A stretch of DNA of 32,000 nt from Candidatus Lokiarchaeum ossiferum (GTDB lineage Archaea > Asgardarchaeota > Lokiarchaeia > Sigyniarchaeales > Promethearchaeaceae). Below the pieces are notes generated by a model, which made no database searches, was not told the DNA's origin, and was given only the letters and a program-made list of their open reading frames with translations. The stretch lies in the NCBI GenBank assembly GCA_025839675.1, contig CP104013.1, positions 4,140,001 to 4,172,000 on the forward strand, written 5' to 3'. Both the position numbers and the translations under genes were made by a program. Shown here piece after piece: positions 15,141 through 23,199 of this stretch. Position 1 is the stretch's first letter; every line of letters begins with the position of its first letter.

Positions 15141-16688
15141 ATGAATGATAATATTCTCAACTTACTTCTTGTTGAAGATAATGAAGGTGACGCGAATCTT
15201 ATCTTATCTTTTCTTGAAGAAAGTAATAAAATTGAGTTTACGGTTGATTGGAAGCGAAATATTTGCGAGTTTTCGATCGATGGGTCAGATCAATCATATG
15301 ATGTCATTTTACTCGATTTATCCCTTCCTAATTTTTCTGGAATTGAAGCATTTTCGATGATGCATAAGAACTTTCCAGATATACCGATAGTTGTGCTGAC
15401 TTCTGTTATAAATGAAGATGAAGCGATTAAAACCCTACAGCAAGGGGCTCAAGATGTAATAAGTAAGGATCATCTTACTACTTTTTTATTAAATCGTGCT
15501 ATAAAACATTCTATTGAAAGAAAACAAATGGAACAAGAGATTATCAGAACACAAAAATTAGAAACAATTGGAATTTTAGCCGGGGGAATTGCTCACGATT
15601 TCAATAACATTTTAACCTCAATTTTGGGGAATATTTCGCTTGTAAAGATGGAAATTTCCCCTGAAGATCAACCCGATGTGCATGAAATATTGGGGGAAGC
15701 TGAGACGGCTTCTCTTCGAGCAAAAGATTTGGCAAATCAATTACTGACTTTTTCAAAAGGTGGTGCTCCAGTTAAGAAATTGACGAATTTATTTGTTTTA
15801 ATACATGACTCTGCCACATTTGCCCTGCGAGGATCAAATGTTCGGTGCAATCTTGATGTAGATCCAGAAATGTGGGAAGTAAATGTGGATCCAAACCAAA
15901 TTCATCAAGTTCTAAATAACATTATAATTAATGCTGATCAAGCGATGCCAAAAGGGGGCGAAATTACAATCCATGTCAAAAATATCAGCACAAAGAAAAA
16001 TTATTTTCCATCAAATGTGTCTGAACGGCCATATATTGAAATATCGATTCAAGATGATGGTATTGGAATTACTACTGAGAATTTATCACGGATTTTTGAT
16101 CCTTATTTTACCTATGGGAAAGTAAATGGTTCAGGACTTGGTCTTACGACTTCTTATTCCATAATTAAACGACATGAAGGTTATATGTGGGTTGATTCCG
16201 AGTTAGGGGTGGGTACTACAGTATTTGTTTTATTACCTGCTCATCCAAAACCATTTTCTCCCCAATTAGCTAAAACTAGCTCTCATGAAGGAAAAAAAGA
16301 AAAATATAAGGTCCTTATTATGGATGATGAAATCGGTGTAAGAACAATTCTTGCTAAGATGCTCAGACGTTTGAATTATTCCGTCGTAGAGACGGTAAAT
16401 GGTACGGAGTCAATTGCTGCTTATGAAGATGCATTATCTACTTCTCACCCAGTCGATTTGCTAATTATGGATTTGACCATTCCTGGAGGAATGGGAGGTG
16501 AAAAAGCAATAAATATTTTGCATAAGAAATATCCTGATATCAAGGCAATTGTATCCAGTGGTTATTCGAATGATCCAATTATGGCAGAGTATGCTAAGTT
16601 TGGATTTATAGGTGTCTTGATGAAACCCTTTACTATTAAAAATCTTAAATATACTCTGGCAAATGTTTTAAACTTGAAAGTCGAATAA
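15141..16688 (+). CDS. Hybrid histidine kinase, REC - HisKA - HATPase_c - REC
   Basis: REC1 is LLLVEDNEGDANL...DVILLDLSLP. The H-box is GIAHDFNNILTSILGN, the N-box is VLNNIIINADQAM, G1 is IQDDGIGI and G2 is GSGLGLT. REC2 is VLIMDDEIGVR...DLLIMDLTIPGGMGG...KPF. ATG 15141 is preferred over the TTG at 15123 in the track. Confidence 0.85.
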   Translation: MNDNILNLLLVEDNEGDANLILSFLEESNKIEFTVDWKRNICEFSIDGSDQSYDVILLDLSLPNFSGIEAFSMMHKNFPDIPIVVLTSVINEDEAIKTLQQGAQDVISKDHLTTFLLNRAIKHSIERKQMEQEIIRTQKLETIGILAGGIAHDFNNILTSILGNISLVKMEISPEDQPDVHEILGEAETASLRAKDLANQLLTFSKGGAPVKKLTNLFVLIHDSATFALRGSNVRCNLDVDPEMWEVNVDPNQIHQVLNNIIINADQAMPKGGEITIHVKNISTKKNYFPSNVSERPYIEISIQDDGIGITTENLSRIFDPYFTYGKVNGSGLGLTTSYSIIKRHEGYMWVDSELGVGTTVFVLLPAHPKPFSPQLAKTSSHEGKKEKYKVLIMDDEIGVRTILAKMLRRLNYSVVETVNGTESIAAYEDALSTSHPVDLLIMDLTIPGGMGGEKAINILHKKYPDIKAIVSSGYSNDPIMAEYAKFGFIGVLMKPFTIKNLKYTLANVLNLKVE

Positions 16689-16817
16689 TTGAAAAACTAA
16701 TGAATCTCAATCCGCTATTTTCTCTGAAATACTAATTTTGCTAAATAATTTAAGATCAAAAATCTTAGTTATTCTGCTACATTCTAATATAATATTTAAT
16801 ATTAGGAATTAATTATT

Positions 16818-18065
16818 ATGACAATCTATTGGGCACCTTTCCTTCATGCATATCAACCACCATGGCAAGATGTTGAAATATTAAAACAAATTTACAAAGA
16901 ATGCTATATGCCACTATTATCAATGTTAGAACGACATGAAAATGTAAAACTGACACTAAATATCCAAGGTTGTTTACTCGATCAATTTGCAAAATTGAAT
17001 TTAAAAGAATCTCGTAATAAATTGCGTCATCTGATTGAAAATCAGAAAGTTGAGTTGGTTGGTTCTGGAAAATATCATCCAATTTTACCCTTAATTCCTC
17101 CTGCAGAAGTTGATCGACAAATAAAACTCACAAATAGCACAATAATGCAACATTTTTCTCAAGATAAACTATCCGGTTTTTTCCCTCCTGAAATGGCTGT
17201 ATCACCACAGCTATGCAAAATTATTAAGAAATCTAATTTTGAGTGGATGATTATGGATGGAATTGCGAATTCTGATGAATGGCCGCATGATTACGTCCAA
17301 CAATCTCCTTCTGGTTTAGTAACCGTTTTTCGAGATACATACTTATCAAATTTGATTTCTTTTAACAACATCGATGCTCAAGGTTTCGTTGATCAGCTTG
17401 CTACCATGTTTGAACAGTTTCCAGATGAAGATCACTATGTAATTACAGCGCAAGATGCTGAAACATTTGGTCATCACATCAAATATTATGAAACCAGCTT
17501 TTTGGGAAAAGCTTTTTCAATTATTGAAGATAGATCCGATATCAAAATTTGTTTTATATCGGATTTACTGAAGAAATTTCCCAAAAAGATTGGAAAGCAG
17601 ATTAAATCATCATCATGGAGTACTGATGGGGGGGATTTAGCTGCAAAAGTACCATATCCGCTCTGGATGCATCCTCTCAACCCTATACATAAGTATCAAT
17701 ATCGTATGTTAAGAGCTCTTTATCGATTAATGGAGATCGTTGAAAAATGCGCACTAGAAAAAGGTGAAGATTCTAATTTTTCAAATTATTACAAGACAGC
17801 TCGATTTTTTTATGATGAATCTCTTCACTCATGTTGGTTATGGTGGGCCTCCATGCGCCCAATGTGGTCTCCAAATTTAATTTATAAAGGGATAGATTTA
17901 ATAAATAAAACAGCTCTCAATGCCCAACTTGCTCTGATTAATTTGAAAGTAGGGGAAGGGGATCAATATTATAGTATTGTTATTGATAATGGTGAAAAAT
18001 TAATGAATGCCTTAGTAGATCAAGAATCAAAAGGCCAACATCTTCGAACCTATGGAGATTTCTAA
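16818..18065 (+). CDS. Glycoside hydrolase family 57-like protein
   Basis: Blocks are FLHAYQPPWQ, LVGSGKYHPILPLIP and ITAQDAETFGHH, which follows the GH57 nucleophile-region pattern D-x-E-x-F-G. 415 aa. Confidence 0.6.
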   Translation: MTIYWAPFLHAYQPPWQDVEILKQIYKECYMPLLSMLERHENVKLTLNIQGCLLDQFAKLNLKESRNKLRHLIENQKVELVGSGKYHPILPLIPPAEVDRQIKLTNSTIMQHFSQDKLSGFFPPEMAVSPQLCKIIKKSNFEWMIMDGIANSDEWPHDYVQQSPSGLVTVFRDTYLSNLISFNNIDAQGFVDQLATMFEQFPDEDHYVITAQDAETFGHHIKYYETSFLGKAFSIIEDRSDIKICFISDLLKKFPKKIGKQIKSSSWSTDGGDLAAKVPYPLWMHPLNPIHKYQYRMLRALYRLMEIVEKCALEKGEDSNFSNYYKTARFFYDESLHSCWLWWASMRPMWSPNLIYKGIDLINKTALNAQLALINLKVGEGDQYYSIVIDNGEKLMNALVDQESKGQHLRTYGDF

Positions 18066-18158
18066 TTATAAATCTGGTTGTATCAATAATCATAAGATTT
18101 GTTAACCAATCACATCCTCAATTTTTTTAAGCCTTCTGAATAATTTTAAGTGTTGAAT

Positions 18159-19364
18159 ATGGGAAAATACAAAAAATACAATGATTATGATTGTACAATT
18201 GAATCCTTTTCAAGTGCTCTGAATAATCTTGATCGAATAGAAAATGCTTCAGAATCGCTGCGATTTTTCATGGGTTTTGATGGTTATGTGGATTTACTTT
18301 ATAATATGTTAAAATCTCGGCAGAATGTTGCTGAATATGAAATTTATGCTAATATGGCCGATTTTGGACAAAGAATTGTTGATACTGCTGGAAGTTCAAC
18401 TTCCATTGAACGAGTTCTTAAAATAAAGTTGGCTGGAGGTTTTGCCCCTAATATGGCTCGGGCAATTGCAAATATGGTTCCAAAATCAACAATAGACTTA
18501 TACGCTGCAATGGGGTATCCGGAGATTGATCCTCTGTTCCAAAATCTCCCTTCTAATGTAAATTTATTTTCTGTTGCAAACAGTGGTGAGACTTTGGCTA
18601 TGGAATTCTCTGATGGTAAAGTCATGTCACAAGATATGGGAGGATTATTTGAACTTGATTGGAAAACTTTAGTTTCTCGGATGGGTGGAATAGATGCAGT
18701 TATTGAGGCTTTTAATCGGAATGATGCTATAGGAAATGGTCATTGGAGTTTAATGTTACATATGAATAATTATTTTGAACATTTTATATCAGATATACTG
18801 CCCAATGTCTCTAAATCTCAAAAAAAACTCTTTTTTGTAGACCCTGCAGATTTTACCAAGCGTTCCCACCAAGAAATTCGCAATATGCTTTCCTTACTTG
18901 GAAAAATTGATGAAACAATTCCGGTGGTTCTAAGTCTCAACGATCGGGAAGCCATTGACGTGTCGAATGTATTAAATCGTGAAGGAGTACCAAAAATACA
19001 AAAGGGAAGTCTCCAATCTTTTGAAAAGGCAGGTCAAAATATCAATTCTGTTCTAAATTTGACTCATCTTGTCATACATGAGCCTCATTTTGCAACAATT
19101 ACCGGTCATGAGAATCATTTTTGGGTGACAGAAGGTTATACTTCTGCACCTAAATTTACAGTAGCTGCAGGAGATCATTTCAATGCAGGAATTTTAATCT
19201 CAAAGTTATCTAAATTATCTTCTGCTGAATCTTTGATTGTTGCTAATGCTGCAACAGCAATTTTTGTCAGGACGGGGCAATCTCCTTCTATTTTGAATTT
19301 GAAAAAATATATTTCAAACTATATTGATTATATTGAAACCGATATTAGTACTTTTGAAATATAA
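18159..19364 (+). CDS. Ribokinase-superfamily sugar kinase, ADP-dependent PFK/GK-like
   Basis: Blocks are FMGFDGYVDLLY, LAGGFAPNMARAIANM, SLNDREAIDV (NxxE), LVIHEPHFAT and TVAAGDHFNAGIL (GxGD-type catalytic Asp). ATG 18159 is preferred over GTG 18150. Confidence 0.5.
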   Translation: MGKYKKYNDYDCTIESFSSALNNLDRIENASESLRFFMGFDGYVDLLYNMLKSRQNVAEYEIYANMADFGQRIVDTAGSSTSIERVLKIKLAGGFAPNMARAIANMVPKSTIDLYAAMGYPEIDPLFQNLPSNVNLFSVANSGETLAMEFSDGKVMSQDMGGLFELDWKTLVSRMGGIDAVIEAFNRNDAIGNGHWSLMLHMNNYFEHFISDILPNVSKSQKKLFFVDPADFTKRSHQEIRNMLSLLGKIDETIPVVLSLNDREAIDVSNVLNREGVPKIQKGSLQSFEKAGQNINSVLNLTHLVIHEPHFATITGHENHFWVTEGYTSAPKFTVAAGDHFNAGILISKLSKLSSAESLIVANAATAIFVRTGQSPSILNLKKYISNYIDYIETDISTFEI

Positions 19365-19367
19365 GCC

Positions 19368-19375
19368 TTTTTTTT
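19368..19375 (+). terminator. T8 tract directly after kinase gene stop
   Basis: The sequence reads TAAGCC TTTTTTTT GGGG. The stop is at 19362..19364. Confidence 0.45.
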
Positions 19376-19384
19376 GGGGATAAA

Positions 19385-19546
19385 TTAGAGACAATCGTTC
19401 ATTAGGTATATCCAGATGTCAAGATCATCTTGACAAATTCCAATGGTTGCATCTTTTTGATCTTGATTCTCGATACTTTCATAGCTTATTTTAACGTTTT
19501 TTGCAGATATAGTAAGTTGGGAGTTTTTTTGTGAAATTGTTTTCAT
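19385..19546 (-). CDS. Candidate small ORF (53 aa), unsupported beyond being open
   Basis: Hand translation gives MKTISQKNSQLTISAKNVKISYESIENQDQKDATIGICQDDLDIWIYLMNDCL, then stop. It is below the ORF-track length cutoff and lies in a 427-bp gap between convergent genes. No homolog recognised. Confidence 0.2.
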   Translation of the reverse strand: MKTISQKNSQLTISAKNVKISYESIENQDQKDATIGICQDDLDIWIYLMNDCL

Positions 19547-19791
19547 TTTTATCTTTCTCGTGATATTGCCCTTCCAATTAATTATATTTCAGAGGGATTA
19601 TCATTGCTATGTTGATTTAATCAAATTCTTATTTAAACTAACTGCAACTTGTCCAATGCATAAATATCGGTCAATTTTGAATCAAAAATTAAATATTTAT
19701 GTTCAAATACACTACAAAATTCTAAAAAAATGTTTTATCTTATTTATCCAAAAGTTAAATCATTTAAAAATGGAATAAATTCCCTTAAGAA

Positions 19792-21483
19792 TCAAAACCA
19801 AAGCCAATTACTAACATAATCAACATAAGTTTGTATTTCTTCCTTCACTCTTGTATTATCCCATCCATATTTTTCTCCCATAATCGTAGCTATTTTACTT
19901 GCAATTTCTTGTGATTTGGTATGGTGGACAAATAAGGATATTTCTGTTCTTCTACAAACCATATCTAAAAGATGGGGGGCTAATTCATGATCACAGATCC
20001 ATTCTATTTCCGCAGCGCAAAAATTATTACCTTCAATTAGAGGTTTTCCCTTTTCTGGATTTTTCATGATATCTTCTAATATTTCGAAAGCTTGATTTCC
20101 ATATTGGCGATGTAAATCTTCCAGTAGTTCATCATCGAGCTTTGGGTATATGCCTTGTCTTTCGCCTTTACTATAAATGTTGTCAAATTCCTCCTTTTTC
20201 AATCCGACAATAAATGGCTGCATACTGAACTTCTTTTTCATATGATTCCGCGGAAATTTTGGGAAGATATTCTTTTTTACCAAATGATAAAGCAAATCTT
20301 CACCCATCAAGCGATAAATTGTTAATTTTCCTCCAATTAATGAAACGAGACCATTAGTATGGTCAATAATAACATGTTTTCGGGAGACTTCTCCAGCATC
20401 CTTAGCATTTGGATCAACAACAAGAGGACGTATTCCAGCATAGGTTGAAATAATGTCTTTTTCTGTAATATGGGCATTAGGAAATAGAAAATTGACTCCA
20501 TCTAACAAGTAATCTGCGTCTGCTTTAGTACAAATCGGATTATTTAAATCGCCGTTATAATCTGTATCAGTGGTCCCTATTATTGTGTATTTTTCTCTTC
20601 TTAAAACAAAGTAAAATCTTCCATCTTCCTTCGATTGTAATCCAAAGGCTTGATGATTTCCCAATCGTTCATTTTTAATAACCAAGTGAACTCCTTTTGT
20701 AGGTCGAATATATTTTGATTGAGACTGCAAAATTTCATCCGTGAATATCCCCGTTGCATTAACAACTTGGGTTCCGAAAGCGGAATATTCTTGGTTTGAG
20801 ATTTTATCGACAATTTTTACTCCAATAACTTTTCCTGTTTCATTTGTTTCAAATCCATCAACTTTTGCATAATTAAGTGCAATAGATTTTCCTTTAGCAA
20901 AAAATAATGATTCTTTGATTGTCTCTAAGGTTAAACGTGCATCATCAACATTATTATCGTAATAATAGCCTCCCATTACGAATCCTTCTTCTCGAATATT
21001 GGGTTCCATTTCGAGAAATTCTTCCCGCGTCAAAATTTTAGGTTTGGCATAATTTTTAAATTTCGAAAATGTATCGCTAAATTTGTTATAGAGATACAGA
21101 GCAATTTTTACTTTTTGAGGGGAATACATATATCCTTCGTATGAGTAGAGATTGAAAGCAAGTGGTCGAACTAGATTGGGAAAATGATTACGTAACCAAT
21201 TTCTCTCCGTGCATGATTCTCGAACAACTTTGAATTGGTTATTTCCTAAATAACGTAATCCTCCATGGATTAATTTTGAAGAGCGGGAAGATGTGCCGAA
21301 TGCAAAATCATTCTTATCGAGTAATAAAAAGGAAAGCCCACGTAATGCAGCTTCTCGACAAATTCCTGCCCCAGTCATTCCTCCTCCAATAATTATTAAG
21401 TCAAAATGTTTTTCTTCTAAATTTTGTGTTAATTTGTTTCGATCCATAGTGGACCATGCAAAATTTTTCATCTGAGAGTTCAT
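19792..21483 (-). CDS. glpD: FAD-dependent glycerol-3-phosphate dehydrogenase (GlpD/GlpA family)
   Basis: Blocks are DLIIIGGGMTGAGICREAALRGLSFLLLDKNDFAFGTSSRSSKLIHGGLRYL, VNATGIFTD and YAGIRPL. The long helical C-terminal domain has no Cys cluster, which favours the GlpD type over the GlpA type. Confidence 0.85.
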   Translation of the reverse strand: MNSQMKNFAWSTMDRNKLTQNLEEKHFDLIIIGGGMTGAGICREAALRGLSFLLLDKNDFAFGTSSRSSKLIHGGLRYLGNNQFKVVRESCTERNWLRNHFPNLVRPLAFNLYSYEGYMYSPQKVKIALYLYNKFSDTFSKFKNYAKPKILTREEFLEMEPNIREEGFVMGGYYYDNNVDDARLTLETIKESLFFAKGKSIALNYAKVDGFETNETGKVIGVKIVDKISNQEYSAFGTQVVNATGIFTDEILQSQSKYIRPTKGVHLVIKNERLGNHQAFGLQSKEDGRFYFVLRREKYTIIGTTDTDYNGDLNNPICTKADADYLLDGVNFLFPNAHITEKDIISTYAGIRPLVVDPNAKDAGEVSRKHVIIDHTNGLVSLIGGKLTIYRLMGEDLLYHLVKKNIFPKFPRNHMKKKFSMQPFIVGLKKEEFDNIYSKGERQGIYPKLDDELLEDLHRQYGNQAFEILEDIMKNPEKGKPLIEGNNFCAAEIEWICDHELAPHLLDMVCRRTEISLFVHHTKSQEIASKIATIMGEKYGWDNTRVKEEIQTYVDYVSNWLWF

Positions 21484-21685
21484 CTAGTTCTGATTAATAT
21501 TTCTCTCTTAAAATAGCCAATTTTACCTTTTTCCTTAAAATTAAGAAAAGTGAACGATCAATTTTCGTTTTAATTAAAAAAATCCAGAAATGTTTTGAAC
21601 TGTATCTTTACACATTTTCACTCAAATGGTGATTAAATCAAAAATAAAATAAAGAGATTTTAAAAATCAAAAAGGGAAAAGGAAA

Positions 21686-21692
21686 AGGAAAA
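21686..21692. repeat. Left copy of candidate 7-bp target-site duplication AGGAAAA
   Basis: It directly abuts IRL, and an identical heptamer abuts IRR at 23173..23179. Confidence 0.5.
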
Positions 21693-21712
21693 CAGTCTTC
21701 AAGGTTATAAAC
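21693..21712. repeat. IS left terminal inverted repeat CAGTCTTCAAGGTTATAAAC
   Basis: It matches the reverse complement of 23153..23172 (CAGTCTTAAAGGTTATAACC) at 18 of 20 positions. Confidence 0.75.
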
Positions 21713-21797
21713 GATCCGAATTAAATCGCCTATAACCGTTCCAAGCTGAAAACCGATCAAGTTATAAAAGGGAAAGAAGAAATAATATTGAATCTAT

Positions 21798-23153
21798 ATG
21801 ATATCTTTACAGTCACGGGCGATTCCCCAATCGACCGACTGCTCTTTCCCTAAGGATATCTTTCTTTTGAAAGAATTTAAAGCTTTACTTAATGAGCAGA
21901 TCAAACTATTGGGGCTGGCCAAACGATTCCGTCCTCGGCTATATACATGGGCTGATTTTGTCTTCCCAAAATTATATGCACTTACTCGACAAATCTCAGT
22001 CCATGTTGCTTCTGAAGGTCTAAATGCTTTCCTTGTTAGACATTACAAGTCAAAATATCGCTTACAACCCAAACGATTTCAAGATAAAGTACGTCATCGA
22101 CGATTTATCCCACATCAGACCGATGTCGACAAATTTTTCCGCCGGTTATCGAAAAAAGAAGTTCAAAATCTCTTCGGAAATATCAATATGGCCCTCTGTC
22201 GTAAGATCGCTACTTTCTTTGGTCCTTCTCAAAAATGGCGATTCTTGGTCGATAATACGGAATATCCTTATTATGGTTCAACTCAGACCCCGTATGAACA
22301 GAAGACCTTCAAGCGTCACATGGGTACTAAAACAGTGCGTATGTTTCAAGGTCATTCAACTCATTGTCAAAATATTACCCTCTTTACCGATTTCTATTTA
22401 CTGCAGAAAGGGGTGGGACGTTGGCTATCAATCCCAAATTCTGTTGATTGGTTGAAATTCAATAATTTTGGGTTTAATTATGGTCTAATGGATCGGGAAT
22501 TTTATCGAGTACAACTCGTGAAAATGTTAAAAGATCGTAAAATTCCGATCATAATGCCAGCAAAGAAATACTCACATGTTAAACGCCGAATTAAAAACTA
22601 CTTGCTAAAAACGGCCCCTTTAGTCTCAACTTACTTATTTAAACAGAAACCAGGTGCAAAACCCTGGCAAAGTTCGGTGAATCTACATATTGTCATTGTA
22701 GGACATGATGATCAACCTGCGTGGAAAATCCGTGATCAATTCTGGAAGAAGCAAATCACTTATGATGAGGCGATTCACCAATTATCAGCATTCTTTACAA
22801 CCTTGGATCCTTGGAAAAATAAACGATCGTGGGCAAAATGGTTGACTAAGACCTATAAAATTCGATGGAATCAGGAAACAGGGTTCAGCTCTTTAAATAG
22901 AATTCATGAACAATTCCGATACCGCTATCCAACTGTACATCTGGCGGAATTGTACCTTCGTGTAATGATCCACAATGGATGGCAGTTTTATCGTAATCAA
23001 GGTTTAAAACAAGGGATTCATCATCAAGAATTAACTCTTTTTTGGTATAGAAATCGTATGTTAAATCAACTTGAGGAAATCATTGTAAGATCAAGCTATG
23101 AAAATGTAAAATATTTACAAAAAAGGAAAAGGAGGCTATACTTTGAAATATAG
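21798..23153 (+). CDS. DDE transposase (DDE_Tnp_1-like, IS4/IS5 superfamily)
   Basis: Candidate triad: FLVDNTEYPYYG (D1), GLMDREFY (D2), YKIRWNQETGFSSLN (Y-x2-R-x3-E signature). The protein is basic. The TAG stop overlaps the first base of IRR. Confidence 0.8.
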   Translation: MISLQSRAIPQSTDCSFPKDIFLLKEFKALLNEQIKLLGLAKRFRPRLYTWADFVFPKLYALTRQISVHVASEGLNAFLVRHYKSKYRLQPKRFQDKVRHRRFIPHQTDVDKFFRRLSKKEVQNLFGNINMALCRKIATFFGPSQKWRFLVDNTEYPYYGSTQTPYEQKTFKRHMGTKTVRMFQGHSTHCQNITLFTDFYLLQKGVGRWLSIPNSVDWLKFNNFGFNYGLMDREFYRVQLVKMLKDRKIPIIMPAKKYSHVKRRIKNYLLKTAPLVSTYLFKQKPGAKPWQSSVNLHIVIVGHDDQPAWKIRDQFWKKQITYDEAIHQLSAFFTTLDPWKNKRSWAKWLTKTYKIRWNQETGFSSLNRIHEQFRYRYPTVHLAELYLRVMIHNGWQFYRNQGLKQGIHHQELTLFWYRNRMLNQLEEIIVRSSYENVKYLQKRKRRLYFEI

Positions 23154-23172
23154 GTTATAACCTTTAAGACTG
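23153..23172. repeat. IS right terminal inverted repeat GGTTATAACCTTTAAGACTG
   Basis: Reverse complement of IRL with 2 mismatches. Confidence 0.75.
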
Positions 23173-23179
23173 AGGAAAA
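23173..23179. repeat. Right copy of candidate 7-bp target-site duplication AGGAAAA
   Basis: It directly abuts IRR and is identical to 21686..21692. Confidence 0.5.
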
Positions 23180-23199
23180 AAAAGAGATATTGGATATTT

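Larger units (their letters stand above)
21693..23172 (+). mobile_element. Complete insertion sequence (1480 bp), single DDE transposase, IS4/IS5-type superfamily
   Basis: It is bounded by 20-bp imperfect inverted repeats (18/20) and flanked by the AGGAAAA direct repeat. It encodes one 451-aa transposase. By eye it looks more G+C-rich than the flanks. Confidence 0.8.

Noticed and set aside
15145-16125. ORFs 15145..15360 and 15931..16125 (+)
   Set aside because: They are alternative frames inside the hybrid histidine kinase gene.
16816-18625. Minus-strand ORFs 16816..17082, 17486..17680 and 18344..18625
   Set aside because: They are antisense to the GH57-like and kinase-like genes.
19560-19778. 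72-aa plus-strand ORF in the kinase/glpD gap
   Set aside because: Its composition is extremely AT-rich and I/K/L/F/Y-biased. It has no upstream signal and no recognisable fold pattern, so it is likely noise. The gap itself is reported as a finding.
20601-22455. ORFs 20601..20813 (-), 21293..21475 (+) and 22024..22455 (+)
   Set aside because: They are other-frame or antisense ORFs within glpD and the transposase gene.
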